From Antedon mediterranea (Eukaryota; Animalia; Echinodermata): a stretch of 64,000 nt of DNA. How positions within the stretch are numbered: the first letter of the stretch is position 1; every line of letters starts with the position of its first letter. The notes under the pieces were generated by a model. That model searched no databases. It had not been told where the DNA came from and saw only the letters and a program-made list of their open reading frames with translations. Both the position numbers and the translations under genes were made by a program. Positions 10,001-23,700 of this stretch are shown here, piece after piece. Where the stretch lies: the NCBI RefSeq assembly GCF_964355755.1, contig NC_092680.1, forward strand, positions 13,525,045 through 13,589,044, given 5' to 3'.

Positions 10001-13000
10001 CTCATCTACTTTTAGAATCTGAAATTTTAAATATTTTCACCACGGAGTTTAGAATCTATGACTTTTTAAAAAAAGGCATAATTTTCACGAATTTTTTAAC
10101 TTTTTCATCAAAAACGCGCGCAAATTGTTCAATTCTACGTGCTCGTATGACGTGATTTTAAGTCGAAATTGTTTGAAAGTTGGTAAATTTACTAGAAAAG
10201 ACTGAAAAAACAAAAATCAAGCAAAAAAAAGATGTTTTTGCGCTACGTGCGCACGCGCGCGTAAAAAATATGCGCACGCGTGGGAATTTTTGAAATGCTC
10301 AAAATGACCTGAAACGCGTAGAAAGTTGATTAGAAATGGATTTTTCGCAATTTGAAATTTTAAACGCGCGTGCGCGCGTAACTTTCTTTAAAACATGCCA
10401 TTTTCTCTCCATAGAAAGTTAGCGCATGATATGACTTAAATTTTTACCAAGTTTCAATACAAAATTACTTTTAGTTTTTATTCTATAATCAATCATTGAA
10501 ATTCATAAAATCGCACGTAACTTACGCTGCGCGACTCTAAAGTCAAAAAACGAAACGTCCTGCACATCTACCGCTACAGGTCAATATTATGACAAAGTTA
10601 CACAATCTTATGTTGGCCAGAATTAGAGATATGCGTGCAACAAAATTCGTGGAAAGAAAGAAGAAAATAGAAACTAGATTTGAACTCGTCACTACGGACG
10701 AGTTAGGTTATCCGCCTCGCAAAACCCACGCGCATGACACCTAAGTTAGAATATTGCGCGCAGAAAAACGATTATGCCATTGAAAAAATGTTAGTGAGCC
10801 CTCTATTTTGTGTCGCGTCTAAGTGTGTACGGTATACACTATATACTGTATACGTACTACATACAGTGCAGAATAGGTGAAAATAAGTGACCAAAGTTAT
10901 TGACGCATTTGAACATGATGACGTCATCACAATTTTAAAAATGGTGAATCATGCGAAAGATAATTGATTGATCTAGACAATATAAAAAAATTGAGTAAAA
11001 TGGAATACGGATAAGTGGAGATGCGCTCTATTAAATTTGACGAGCTATGACGAAAGAGAAAAAAATCCTATATTTTATATTCGGGTGGCCATACGATAAC
11101 GTAACAATGTCCGGTTAGCCATATCAATGCATGATTCAAGAAAAACAACTCATCTACTTCCAGAATATGTAATTTTAAAAAAGTTCACCACGTAGTTTAG
11201 AAGTTATGACTGTTTAAAAAAAGGTCTAATTTTGACGATTTTTTGAAGTTTTTCATCAAAAACACGCGCAAATTATCCAATTCTACGTGCTCGTGTGACG
11301 TGATTATAAGTCGAAATTGATTGAAAATTTATAAATTTTCTAGAAAAGGCTGAAAAAATAAAAATCAAGCAAAAAAAAGATGTTTTTGCGCTACGTGCGC
11401 ACGCGCGCGTAAAAAATTAGCGCACGCGTGGGAATTTTTGAAATGCTCAAAATGACATGAAACGCATAGAAAGTTGATTAGAAATTGATTTATCGCATTT
11501 TGAAATTTTAAACGCGCGTGCGCGCGTAACTTTTTAAAACCATGCCATTTTTAATCCATAGAAAGTTAGCGCATGATATGACTTAAATTTTCACCAAGTT
11601 TCAATACAAAATGACTTTTGGTTTTTAATCTATGATCAATCATTGAAATTCATAAAATCGCGCGTAACTTACGCTGCGCGACTCGAAAATCAAAAAACAA
11701 AGTTTCTTGCACATCTACAGATATAGGTCAATCTTATGACAAAGTTATACAATCATTTGTTAGCCAGAATTAGAGATATGCTTGCAACAAAATTCGTGGA
11801 AAGAAAGAAGAAAAAAGAAAAAAAAGAAAAAAAATAAAAAAAAAAAGATCCTGACAATAACAAGGGGTTATCCGCCAAGTGCGGATAACCAAAAAAAAGA
11901 GAAAAAAAAAAAGAAAAAAAAAAAAGATCCTGACAATAACAAGGGGTTATCCGCCAAGTGCGGATAACCAACTAGATTTGAACTCGTCACTACGGACGAG
12001 TTAGGTTATCCGCATCGCAAAACCCACGCGCATGACACCTAAGTTAGAATATTGCGCGCAGAAAAACGATTATGCCATTGAAAAAATGTTAGTGAGCCCT
12101 CTATTTTGTGTCGCGTCTAAGTGTGTACGGTATACACTATATACTGTATACGTACTACATACAGTGCAGAATAGGTGAAAATAAGTGACTAAAGTTATTG
12201 ACGCTTTTGAACATGATGACGTCATCACACATTTAAAATTGGTAAATCATACGAAAGATAATTGATTGACCTAAACAATATATAAAAATGGGGGGAAATG
12301 GAATACGGATAAGTGGAGATGCGCTATATTAAATGTGACGAGCTACGAGGAAAGAGACAAAAATCCTATATTTTATATTCGAGTGGCCATACGATGACGT
12401 CACAATGTCCGGTTAGCCATATTGATGCATGATTTGATATCTGCAACTCATCTTCTACCAGAATATGTAATTATAAAAAAGTTCACCACGTAGTTTAGAA
12501 TCTATGACTGTTTAAAAAAAGGCATAATTTTCACAAATTTTTGAACTTTTCCATAAAAAATGCGCGCAAATTGTTTAATTCTACATGCTCGTATGACGTG
12601 ATTTTAAGTCGAAATTGATTGAAAATTTATAAATTTACTAGAAAAGGCTGAAAAAACAAAAATCAAGCAAAAAAAGGATGTTTTTGCCCTACGTGCGCAC
12701 GCGCGCGTAAAAAAAATGCGCACGCGTGGGAATTTTTGAAATGCTCAAAATGACATGAAACGCGTAGAAAGTTGATTAGAAATTGATTTTTCACATTTTG
12801 AAATTTTAAACGCGCGTGCGCGCGTAACTTTTTGTAAAACATGCTATTTTTAATCCATAGAAAATTTGCGCATGATATGACTTAAATTTTCACCAAGTTT
12901 CAATACAAAATGACTTTTAGTTTTTATTCTATGATCAATCATTGAAATTCACAAAATCGCGCGTAACTTACGCTGCGCGACTCGAAATTTGAAAATAAAA

Positions 13001-14351
13001 GTTTCTTGCACATCTACAGCTACATATCAATCTTATGAAAAAGTTATACAATCATATGTTGCCCAAAATTAGAGATATGCGACCAACAAAATTCGTGGAA
13101 AGAAAGAAGAAAATAGAAAAAAAAAGAGAAACTAGATTTGAACTCGTCACTACGGACGAGTTAGGTTATCCGCAGTCCTAAAGCCACGTGCACGTCATAC
13201 GTTGGAATATTGCGCGCAGAAAAACGATTATGCCATTGAAAAAATGTGAGTGCGCTCTCTATTTTGTGTCACGTCAACGTGTATACGGTATACACTATAT
13301 ACCGTATACGTACTACATACAGTTCAGAATAGGTGAAAATAAGTGACCAAAGTTATTGACGCTTTTGCACATGATGACGTCATAACAATTTTTAAAATGG
13401 TGAATCATGCGAAAGATAATTGATTGACATAGACAATATAAAGAAATGGAGGGCAATGGAATACGGATAAGTGGAGATGCGCTCTATTAAATGTGATGAG
13501 CTATACGAAAGAGAAAAAAATCCTATATTTTATATTCAAGTGGCCATACGATGACGTCACAATGTCCTGATAGCCATATTGATACATGATTCGATATCTA
13601 CAACTCATCTACTACCAGAATATGTAATTATAAAAAAGTTTACCACGTAGTTTAGAATCTATGACTGTTTAAAAAAAGGCATAATTTTGACAAATTTTTG
13701 GACTTTTTCATCAAAATTGCGCGCAAATTGTTTAATTCTACGTGCTCGTATGACGAGATTTTAAGGCAAAATTGATTGAAAATTGGTAAATATATTATAA
13801 AAGGCAGAAAAAACGAAAATCAAGCAAAAAAAAGATGTTTTTGCGCTACGTGCGCACGGGCGCGTAAAAAAAGTGCGCACGCGTGGGAATTTTTGAAATG
13901 CTCAAAATGACATGAAACGCGTAGAAAGTTGATTAGAAATGAATTTTGCGCATTTTGAAATTTTGAACGCGCGTGCGCGCGTAACTTTATGTAAAACATG
14001 CCATTTTTAATCCACAGAAAGTTTGCGCATGATATAACTTAAATTTTCACCAAGTTTCAATAGAAAATGACTTTTTGTTTTTAATCTATGATCAATTATT
14101 GAAATTCATAAAATTGCGCGTAACTTACGCTGCGCAACTCAAAAATCAAAAAACAAAGTTTCTTGCACATCTACAGATATAGGTCAATCTTATGACAAAG
14201 TTATACAATCATTTGTTAGCCAGAATTAGAGATATGCTTGCAACAAAATTCGTGGAAAGAAAGAAGAATATAGAAAAAAAAAAAAAAGAAAAAAAAAAAA
14301 AAAAAAGATCCTGACAATAACAAGGGGTTATCCGCCAAGTGCGGATAACCA
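7044..14351. repeat. Six-monomer block (~7.3 kb), copy 1 of a near-identical duplication
   Basis: Matches 20796-28102 at offset 13752. The ORF track is identical at that offset (7208/20960, 8112/21864, 8379/22131, 11753/25505, 11782/25534). Confidence 0.95.
9528..11970 (-). mobile_element. Nested pair: host element split in its A-tract by an inserted copy (10673-11890); host tail remainder and cap at 11891-11970
   Basis: The host stops at gaaaatagaa|actag. After the insert's cap comes aaaaaaaagagaaaa...gatcc plus a second cap. Rejoined, this gives the gaaaatag(a)n-gag-aaaa tail seen intact at ~9445-9485. Duplicated at 23280-25722. Confidence 0.8.
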
Positions 14352-15494
14352 ACTAGATTTGAACTCGTCACTACGGACGAGTTAGGTTATCCGCAGCGCA
14401 AAGGCCACGCGCACGTCATACGTTAAAATATTGCGCGCAGAAAAACGATTAAGTAATTGAAACAATTTCAGCGCGCTCTTTATTTTTCGTCACGTCTGAG
14501 TATATACGGTATACACTATATACTGTATACGTACTACATACAGTGCAGAATAGGTGAAAATAAGTGAACAAAGTTATTGACGCTTTTGAACATGATGACG
14601 TCATCACAATTTTGAAAATGGTGAATCGTGCGAAAGATAATTAATAGACCTAGACAACATAAAAAAAATGGGGGGAAATGGAATACATATAAGTGGAGAT
14701 GCGCTATATTAATAGTGACGAGCTACGAGGAAAGAGACAAAAATCCTATATTTTATATTCGAATGGCCATACGATGACGTCACAATGTCTGGTTAGCCAT
14801 ATTGATGCATGATTTGATATCTGCAACTCATCTACTACCAGAATATGTAATTATAAAAAAGTTCACCACGTAGTTTAGAATTTATGACTGTTTAAAAAAG
14901 GCATAATTTTGACTAATTTTTGAACTTTTTCATCAAAAATGCGCGTAAATTGTTTAATTATACGTGCTCGTATGACGTGATTTTGAGTCGAAATTGTTTG
15001 AAAGTCGGTAAATTTTCTAAAAAAGACAGGAAAAACAAAAATCAAGCAAAAAAATGATGTTTTTGCGCTACATGCGCACGTGCGCGTAAAAAAATTGCGC
15101 ACGCGTGGGAATTTTCGAAATGCTTAAAATGACATGAAACGCGTAGAAAGTTGATTAGATATTGATTTTTCGCAATTTGAAATTTTAAACGCGCGTGCGC
15201 GCGTAACTTTTTGTGAAACATGCCATTTTTAATCCATAGGAAGTTTGCGCATTATATGACTTAAATGTTCACCAAGTTTCAATACAAAACGACTTTTAGT
15301 TTTTATTCTATGATCAATCATTGAAATTCACAAAATCGCGCGTAACTTACGCTGCGCAACTCCAAAATCGTCCAAAAGCTTGGCTGCACATCTACAGCTA
15401 TAGGTCAATCTTATGACAAAGTTATACAATCTTATGTTGGCCAGAATTAGAGATATGCGACCAACAAAATTCGTGGAAAGAAAGAAGAACATAG

Positions 15495-15526
<32 letters not shown>

Positions 15527-18012
15527 TCCTGACAATAACAAGGGGTTATCCGCCAAGTGCGGATAACCAACTAGATTTGAACTCGTCACTACGGACGAGT
15601 TAGGTTATCCGCAGTCCTAAAGCCACGTGCACGTCATACGTTGGAATATTGCGCGCAGAAAAACGATTATGCCATTGAAAAAATGTGAGTGCGCTCTCTA
15701 TTTTGCGTCACGTCAACGTGTATACGGTATACACTATATACCGTATACGTACTACATACAGTTCAGAACAGGTGAAAATAAGTGACCAAAGTTATTGACG
15801 CTTTTGCACATGATGACGTCATAACAATTTTTAAAATGGTGAATCATGCGAAAGATAATTGATTGACATAGACAATATAAAGAAATGGAGGGCAATGGAA
15901 TACGGATAAGTGGAGATGCGCTCTATTAAATGTGATGAGCTATACGAAAGAGAAAAAAATCCTATATTTTATATTCGAGTGGCCATACGATAACGTCACA
16001 ATGTCCTGATAGCCATATTGATACATGATTCGATATCTACAACTCATCTACTACCAGAATATGTAATTATAAAAAAGTTTACCACGTAGTTTAGAATCTA
16101 TGACTGTTTAAAAAAAGGCATAATTTTGACAAATTTTTGGACTTTTTCATCAAAATTGCGCGCAAATTGTTTAATTCTACGTGCTCGTATGACGAGATTT
16201 TAAGGCAAAATTGATTGAAAATTTGTAAATATATTATAAAAGGCAGAAAAAACGAAAATCAAGCAAAAAAAAGATGTTTTTGCGCTACGTGCGCACGGGC
16301 GCGTAAAAAAAGTGCGCACGCGTGGGAATTTTTGAAATGCTCAAAATGACATGAAACGCGTAGAAAGTTGATTAGAAATGAATTTTGCGCTTTTTGAAAT
16401 TTTGAACGCGCGTGCGCGCGTAACTTTATGTAAAACATGCCATTTTTAATCCACAGAAAGTTTGCGCATGATATAACTTAAATTTTCACCAAGTTTCAAT
16501 AGAAAATGACTTTTTGTTTTTAATCTATGGTCAATTATTGAAATTCATAAAATTGCGCGTAACTTACGCTGCGCAACTCGAAAATCAAAAAACAAAGTTT
16601 CTTGCACATCTACAGATATAGGTCAATCTTATGACAAAGTTATACAATCATTTGTTAGCCAGAATTAGAGATATGCTTGCAACAAAATTCGTGGAAAGAA
16701 AGAAGAATATAGAAAAAAAAAAAAAAGAAAAAAAAAAAAAAAAAAGATCCTGACAATAACAAGGGGTTATCCGCCAAGTGCGGATAACCAACTAGATTTG
16801 AACTCGTCACTACGGACGAGTTAGGTTATCCGCATCGCAAAACCCACGCGCATGACACCTAAGTTAGAATATTGCGCGCAGAAAAACGATTATGCCATTG
16901 AAAAAATGTTAGTGAGCCCTCTATTTTGTGTCGCATCTAAGTGTGTACGGTATACACTATATACTGTATACGTACTACATACAGTGCAGAATAGGTGAAA
17001 ATAAGTGACCAAAGTTATTGACGCATTTGAACATGATGACGTCATCACAACTTTAAAAATGGTGAATCATGCGAAAGATAATTGATTGATCTAGACAATA
17101 TAAAAAAATTGAGTGAAATGGAATAAAGATAAGTAGAGATGCGCTCTATTAAATTGACGAGCTATGACGAAAGAGAAAAAAATCCTATATTTTATATTCG
17201 GGTGGCCATACGATGACGTCACAATGTCCGGTTAGCCATATCAATGCATGATTCGAGAAAAACAACTCATCTACTTCCAGAATATGTAATTTTAAAAAAG
17301 TTCACCACGTAGTTTAGAATTTATGACTATTTAAAAAAAGGTCTAATTTTGACGATTTTTTGAAGTTTTTCATCAAAAACACGCGCAAATTATCCAATTC
17401 TACGTGCTCGTGTGACGTGATTTTAAGTCGAAATTGATTGAAAATTTATAAATTTACTAGAAAAGGCTGAAAAAACAAAAATCAAGCAAAAAAAAGATTT
17501 TTTTGCGCTACGTGCGCATGCGCGCGTAAAAAATTTGCGCACGCGTGGGAATTTTTGAAATGCTCAAAATGACATGAAACGCATAGAAAATTGATTAGAA
17601 ATTGATTTTTCGCATTTTAAAATTTTAAAGGCGCGTGCGCGCGTAACTTTATGTAAAACATGCCATTTTTAATCCATAGAAAGTTTGCGCATGATATGAC
17701 TTAAATTTTTACTAAGTTTCAATACAAAATGACATTTGGTTTTTAATCTATGATCAATCATTGAAATTCATAAAATCGCACTTAACTTACGCTGCGCGAC
17801 TCTAAAGTCAAAAAACGAAACGTCCTGCACATCTACCGCTACAGGTCAATATTATGACAAAGTTACACAATCTTATGTTGGCCAGAATTAGAGATATGCG
17901 ACCAACAAAATTCGTGGAAAGAAAGAAGAAAATAGAAAAAAAAAGAGAAAAAAAATAAAAAAAAAAAGATCCTGACAATAACAAGAGGTTATCCGCCAAG
18001 TGCGGATAACCA

Positions 18013-19590
18013 ACTAGATTTGAACTCGTCACTTTGACGAGTTCGGGTTATCCGCGCAAACGCAACATGCACATACGTTTAAAATATATGAACGCCGATA
18101 ATTATTATGCCATCCTATGACATGAATTAAATATGTTTACAGTGCTGAATTGTACCTATTTTGTAGCATACATCATATTACAGTGTTTACAGAATACACT
18201 GTATATGTTATATACAGTGAAGCATAGACGGAATTACGAGACCCATCTTTTAAATCTAATTATTAACACGATGACATCATCAAATTGACATATAAAAATA
18301 ACAATTTTAGAAGATAATTATCTAATTAATTACATTAATACAAATTTGAAGAATTTTGGGCACGTAAAAGTGAGATGCGCTCTCGTTTAAACGCAATGAA
18401 CTTTTACGCAAGAGGTGAAAATACGACTTTTTTTATTCAATTGGCCATATGATGACGTCACAACATCTGATTGGCAAAATGTTCACATGATTTCGTATCT
18501 ACAATCCAATAGCTTCCAGAAAACGTTTTAATCATGATTATCACTTTTTATTCAGACGAGCTATAACAGAGTAAAATTTACTGTAAAGATGAAAATAAGT
18601 GACCCACGTTATTTACATTTTTAGACATGATGCCGTCATAACAATTAACATATTTTTATCTCATGCGAAAGATAATTGATTGACGTAGACAATAATAAAA
18701 TCTCGGGGGAAATGGAATTCGTATGAGCGAGATGCGCTTTGTTGAATGTGATGAGCAATAACGAAATAGACAAAAATCCTATATTTTATATTCGAGTGGC
18801 CATATGATGATGTCACAATGTCCGGTTAGCCATATTCATGCATGATTTGATATCTACAACTCATCTACTTCCAGAATCTGAAATTTTAAAAATGTTCACC
18901 ACGGAGTTTAGAATCTATGACAGTTTAAAAAAAGGCATAATTTTGACAAATTTTTGAACTTTTTCATCAAAAATGCGCGCAAATTGTTTAATTCTACGTG
19001 CTCGTATGACGTGATTTTAGGTCGAAATTGATTTAAAATTGATAAATTTACTAGAAAAGGCTGAAAAACAAAAATCAAGCAAAAAAAAGATGTTTTTGCG
19101 CTATGTGCGCACGCGCGCGTGAAAAAATTGCGCACGCGTGGGAATTTTTGAAATGCTCAAAATGACATGAAACGCGTAGAAAGTTGATTAGAAATTGATT
19201 TTTCGCATTTTGAAATTTCAAACGCACGTGCGCGCGTAACTTTTTGTTAAACATGCCATTTTTAATCCATAGAAAGTTTGCGCATGATATTACTTAAATT
19301 TTCACAAAGTTTCAATACAAAATGACTTTTGGTTTTTAATCTATGATCAATCATTGAAATTCATAAAATCGCGCGTAACTTACGCTGCGCAACTCTAAAT
19401 TCATTAAAAAAAGTTTCTTGCACATCTACAGCTACAGGGCAATCTTTTGACAAAGTTAAACAATTTTATGTTAACCAGAATTAGAGATATGCCACCAACA
19501 AAATTCGGGGAAAGAAAGAAGAATAACATAGAAAAAAAAAAAAAAGATCCTGACAATAACAAGGGGTTATCCGCCAAGTGCGGATAACCA
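18013..19590 (-). mobile_element. Long variant element (1578 bp) with an extra degenerate ~355-bp internal repeat
   Basis: ggccatatgatga.gtcacaa occurs at 18443 and 18798. The first ~550 bp are divergent, and the palindrome variant is gaactcgtca-ctt-tgacgagttc. Confidence 0.9.
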
Positions 19591-20795
19591 ACTAGATTTG
19601 AACTCGTCACTTCGGACGAGTTAGGTTATCCGCAGCGCAAAGGCCACGTGCACGTCATACGTTAGAATATTGCGCGCACAAAAACGATTATGCCATTGAA
19701 ATAATGTTAGCGCGCTCTCTATTTTGCGTCACGTCAAAGTATATACGGTATACACTATATTCTGTATACGTACTACATACAGTGCAGAATAGATGAAAAT
19801 AAGGGACCCAAGTTATTGACGCTTTTGGACATGATGACGTCATCACAATTTAAAAAATGGTAGATTATGCGAAAGATAATTGATTGGCCTAGACAATATA
19901 ACAAAATGGGGGGAAATGGAATACGGATAAGCGGAGATGCGCTCTATTAAATGTGATGAGCTATGCGAAAGAGACAAAAATCCTATATTTTATATTCGAG
20001 TGGCCATACGATGACGTCACAATATCCGGTTAGCCATATCGATGCATGATTTGATATTTACAACTCATCTACTTCCAGAATCTGAAATTTTAAATATTTT
20101 CACCTCGGAGTTTAGAATCTATGACTTTTAAAAAAAAGGCATAATTTTCACAAATTTTTGAACTTTTTCATCAAAAACGCGCGCAAATTGTTCAATTCTA
20201 CATGCTCGTATGACGTGATTTTAAGTCGAAATTGTTTGAAAGTTGGTAAAATTACTAGAGAAGGCTGAAAAAACAAAAATCAAGCAAAAAAAACATGTTT
20301 TTGCGTTACGTGCGCACGCGCGCGTAAAAATATTGCGCACGCGTGGGAATTTTTGAAATGCTCAAAATGACATGAAACGCGTAGAAAGTTGATTAGAAAT
20401 GAATTTTGCGCATTTTGAAATTTTGAACGCGCGTGCGCGCGTAACTTTATGTAAAACATGCCATTTTTAATCCACAGAAAGTTTGCGCATGATATAACTT
20501 AAATTTTCACCAAGTTTCATTAGAAAATGACTTTTGGTTTTTAATCTATGATCAATCATTGAAATTCATAAAATTGCGCGTAACTTACGCTGCGCAACTC
20601 AAAAATCAAAAAACAAAGTTTCTTGCACATCTACAGATATAGGTCAATCTTATGACAAAGTTATACAATCTTATGTTTGCCAGAATTAGAGATACGCTCC
20701 CAACAAAATTCGTGGAAAGAAAGAAGAATAAAGAAAAAAAAAAAAAAAAAGATCCTGACAATAACAAGAGGTTATCCGCCAAGTGCGGATAACCA

Positions 20796-23700
20796 ACTAG
20801 ATTTGAACTCGTCACTTCGGACGAGTTAGGTTATCCGCAGCGCAAAGGCCACGTGCACGTCATACGTTAGAATATTGCGCGCAGAAAAACGATTATGCCA
20901 TTGAAAAAATGTTAGTGCGCTCTCTATTTTGTGTCACGTCAAAGTATATACGGTATACACTATATTCTGTATACGTACAACATACAGTGCAGAATAGGTG
21001 AAAATAAGGGACCCAAGTTATTGACGCTTTTGGACATGATGACGTCATCACAATTTAAAAAATTGTAGATTATGCGAAAGATAATTGATTGGCCTAGACA
21101 ATATAACAAAATGGGAGAAATGGAATACGGATAAGTGGAGATGCGCTCTATTAAATGTGATGAGCTATGAGAAAGAGACAAAAATCCTATATTTTATATT
21201 CGAGTGGCCATACGTTGACGTCACAATGTCCGGTTAGCCATATCGATGCATGATATGATATCTACAACTCATCTACTTCCAGAATCTGAAATTTTCAAAA
21301 TTTTCACCACGGACTTTAGAATCTATGACTTTTTAAAAAAAGGCATAATTTTCACGAATTTTTTAACTTTTTCATCAAAAACGCGCGCAAATTGTTCAAT
21401 TCTACGTGCTCGTATGACGTGATTTTAAGTCGAAATTGATTGAAAACTGGTAAATTTACTAGAAAAGGCTGGAAAAACAAAAATCAAGGAAAAAATAGAT
21501 GTTTTTGCGCTACGTGCGCACGCGCGCGTAAGAAAAGTGCGCACGCGTGGGAATTTTTGAAATGCTCAAAATGACATGAAACGCGTAGAAAGTTGATTAG
21601 AAATTGATTTTTCGCATTTTGAAATTTTAAACGCGCGTGCGCGCGTAATTTTCTGTAAAACATGCCATTTTCTCTCCATAGAAAGTTAGCGCATGATATA
21701 AATTAAACTTTTGCCAAGTTCCAAATTAAATGGTTTAATGGTTTTCGATCTAAATTAAATACGCAAAATTCATAAAATCGCGCGTAACTTACGCTGCGCA
21801 ACTCGGACGGTACCGAAAACCTTATTACGACATATTCAGATAGAGATCAATCTTCTGATAAAGTTACAAAATGTTATGTTGAGAAGATTTAGAGATACAC
21901 GCGCAACAAAATTCTGGGAAAGAAAGAAGAATAAGAAAGAAAAAAAAAAAAAAAAAAAAAAAAGATCCTGACAATAACAAGGGGTTATCCGCCAAGTGCG
22001 GATAACCAAAAAGATCCTGACAATAACAAGGGGTTATCCGCCAAGTGCGGATAACCAACTAGATTTGAACTCGTCACTACGGACGAGTTAGGTTATCCGC
22101 AGCGCAAAAGTCACGCGCATGACACATAAGTTAGAATATTGCGCGCAGAAAAACGATTATGCCATTGAAAAAAATGTTAGTGAGCCCTCTATTTTGCGTC
22201 ACGTCTGAGTATATACGGTATACACTATATACTGTATACGTACTACATACAGTGCTGAATAGGTGAAAATAAGTGACCAAAGTTATTGACGCTTTTGGAC
22301 ATGATGACGTCATAACAATTTTAAAAATGGTGTATCATTCGTAAGATAATTGATTGACCTAGGCAATATATAAAAATGGGGGAAAATGGAATACGGATAA
22401 GTGGAGATGTGCTCTATTAAATGTGATGAGCTATGACGAAAGAGACAAAAATCCTATATTTGATATTCGTGTGGCCATACGACGACGTCACAATGTCCGG
22501 TTAGCCAAATCAATGCATGATTCTATATTTACAACTCATCTACATTCAAAATATGTAATTTTAAAAAAGTTCACCACGTAGTTTAGAATCTATGACTGTT
22601 TAAAAAAAGGCATAATTTTGACAAATTTTTGAACTTTTTCATCAAAAATGCGCGTAAATTGTTTAATTCTACGTGTTCGTATGACGTGATTTTAAGTCGA
22701 AATTGTTTGAAAGTTGGTAAATTTACTAAAAAAGACAGGAAAAACAAAAATCAAGCAAAAAAATGATGTTTTTGCGCTACGTGCGCACGCGCGCGTAAAA
22801 AAATTGCGCACAAGTGGGAATTTTTGAAATGCTCAAAATGACATGAAATGCGTAGAAAGTTGATTAGAAGTTGATTTTTCGCATTTTGAAATTTTAAACG
22901 CGCGTGCGCGCGTAACTTTTTGTGAAACATGCCATTTTTAATCCAAAGAAAGTTTGCGCATTATATGACTTAAATTTTCACCAAATTTCAATTAAAAACG
23001 ACTTTTAGTTTTTATTCTATGATCAATCATTGAAATTCACAAAATCGCGCGTAACTTACGCTGCGCAACTCGAAATTTGAAAAAAAAAGTTTCTTGCACA
23101 TCTACAGCTACAGGGCAATATTTTGACAAAGTTATATAATCATTTGTTAGCCAGAATTAGAGATATGCTTGCAACAAAATTCGGGGAAAGAAAGAAGAAA
23201 ATAGAAAAAAAAAGAGAAAAATAAAAAAAAAAAAGATCCTGACAATAACAAGGGGTTATCCGCCAAGTGCGGATAACCAACTAGATTTGAACTCGTCACT
23301 ACGGACGAGTTAGGTTATCCGCAGCGCAAAAGCCACGCGCACGTCATACGTTAGAATATTGCGCGCAGAAAAACGATTATGCCAATGAAAAAATGTTAGT
23401 GCGCTCTCTATTTTGCGTCACGTCAAAGTATATACGGTATACACTATATTCTGTATACGTACTACATACAGTGCAGAATAGGTGAAAATAAGGGACCCAA
23501 GTTATTGACGCTTTTGGACATGATGACGTCATCACAATTTTTAAAATGGTGAATCATTCGAAAGATAATTGATTGGCCTAGACAATATAACAAAATAGGG
23601 GGAAATGGAATACGGATAAGTGGAGATGCGCTCTATTAAATGTGATGAGCTATGCGAAAGAGACAAAAATCCTATATTTTATATTCGAGTGGCCATATGA

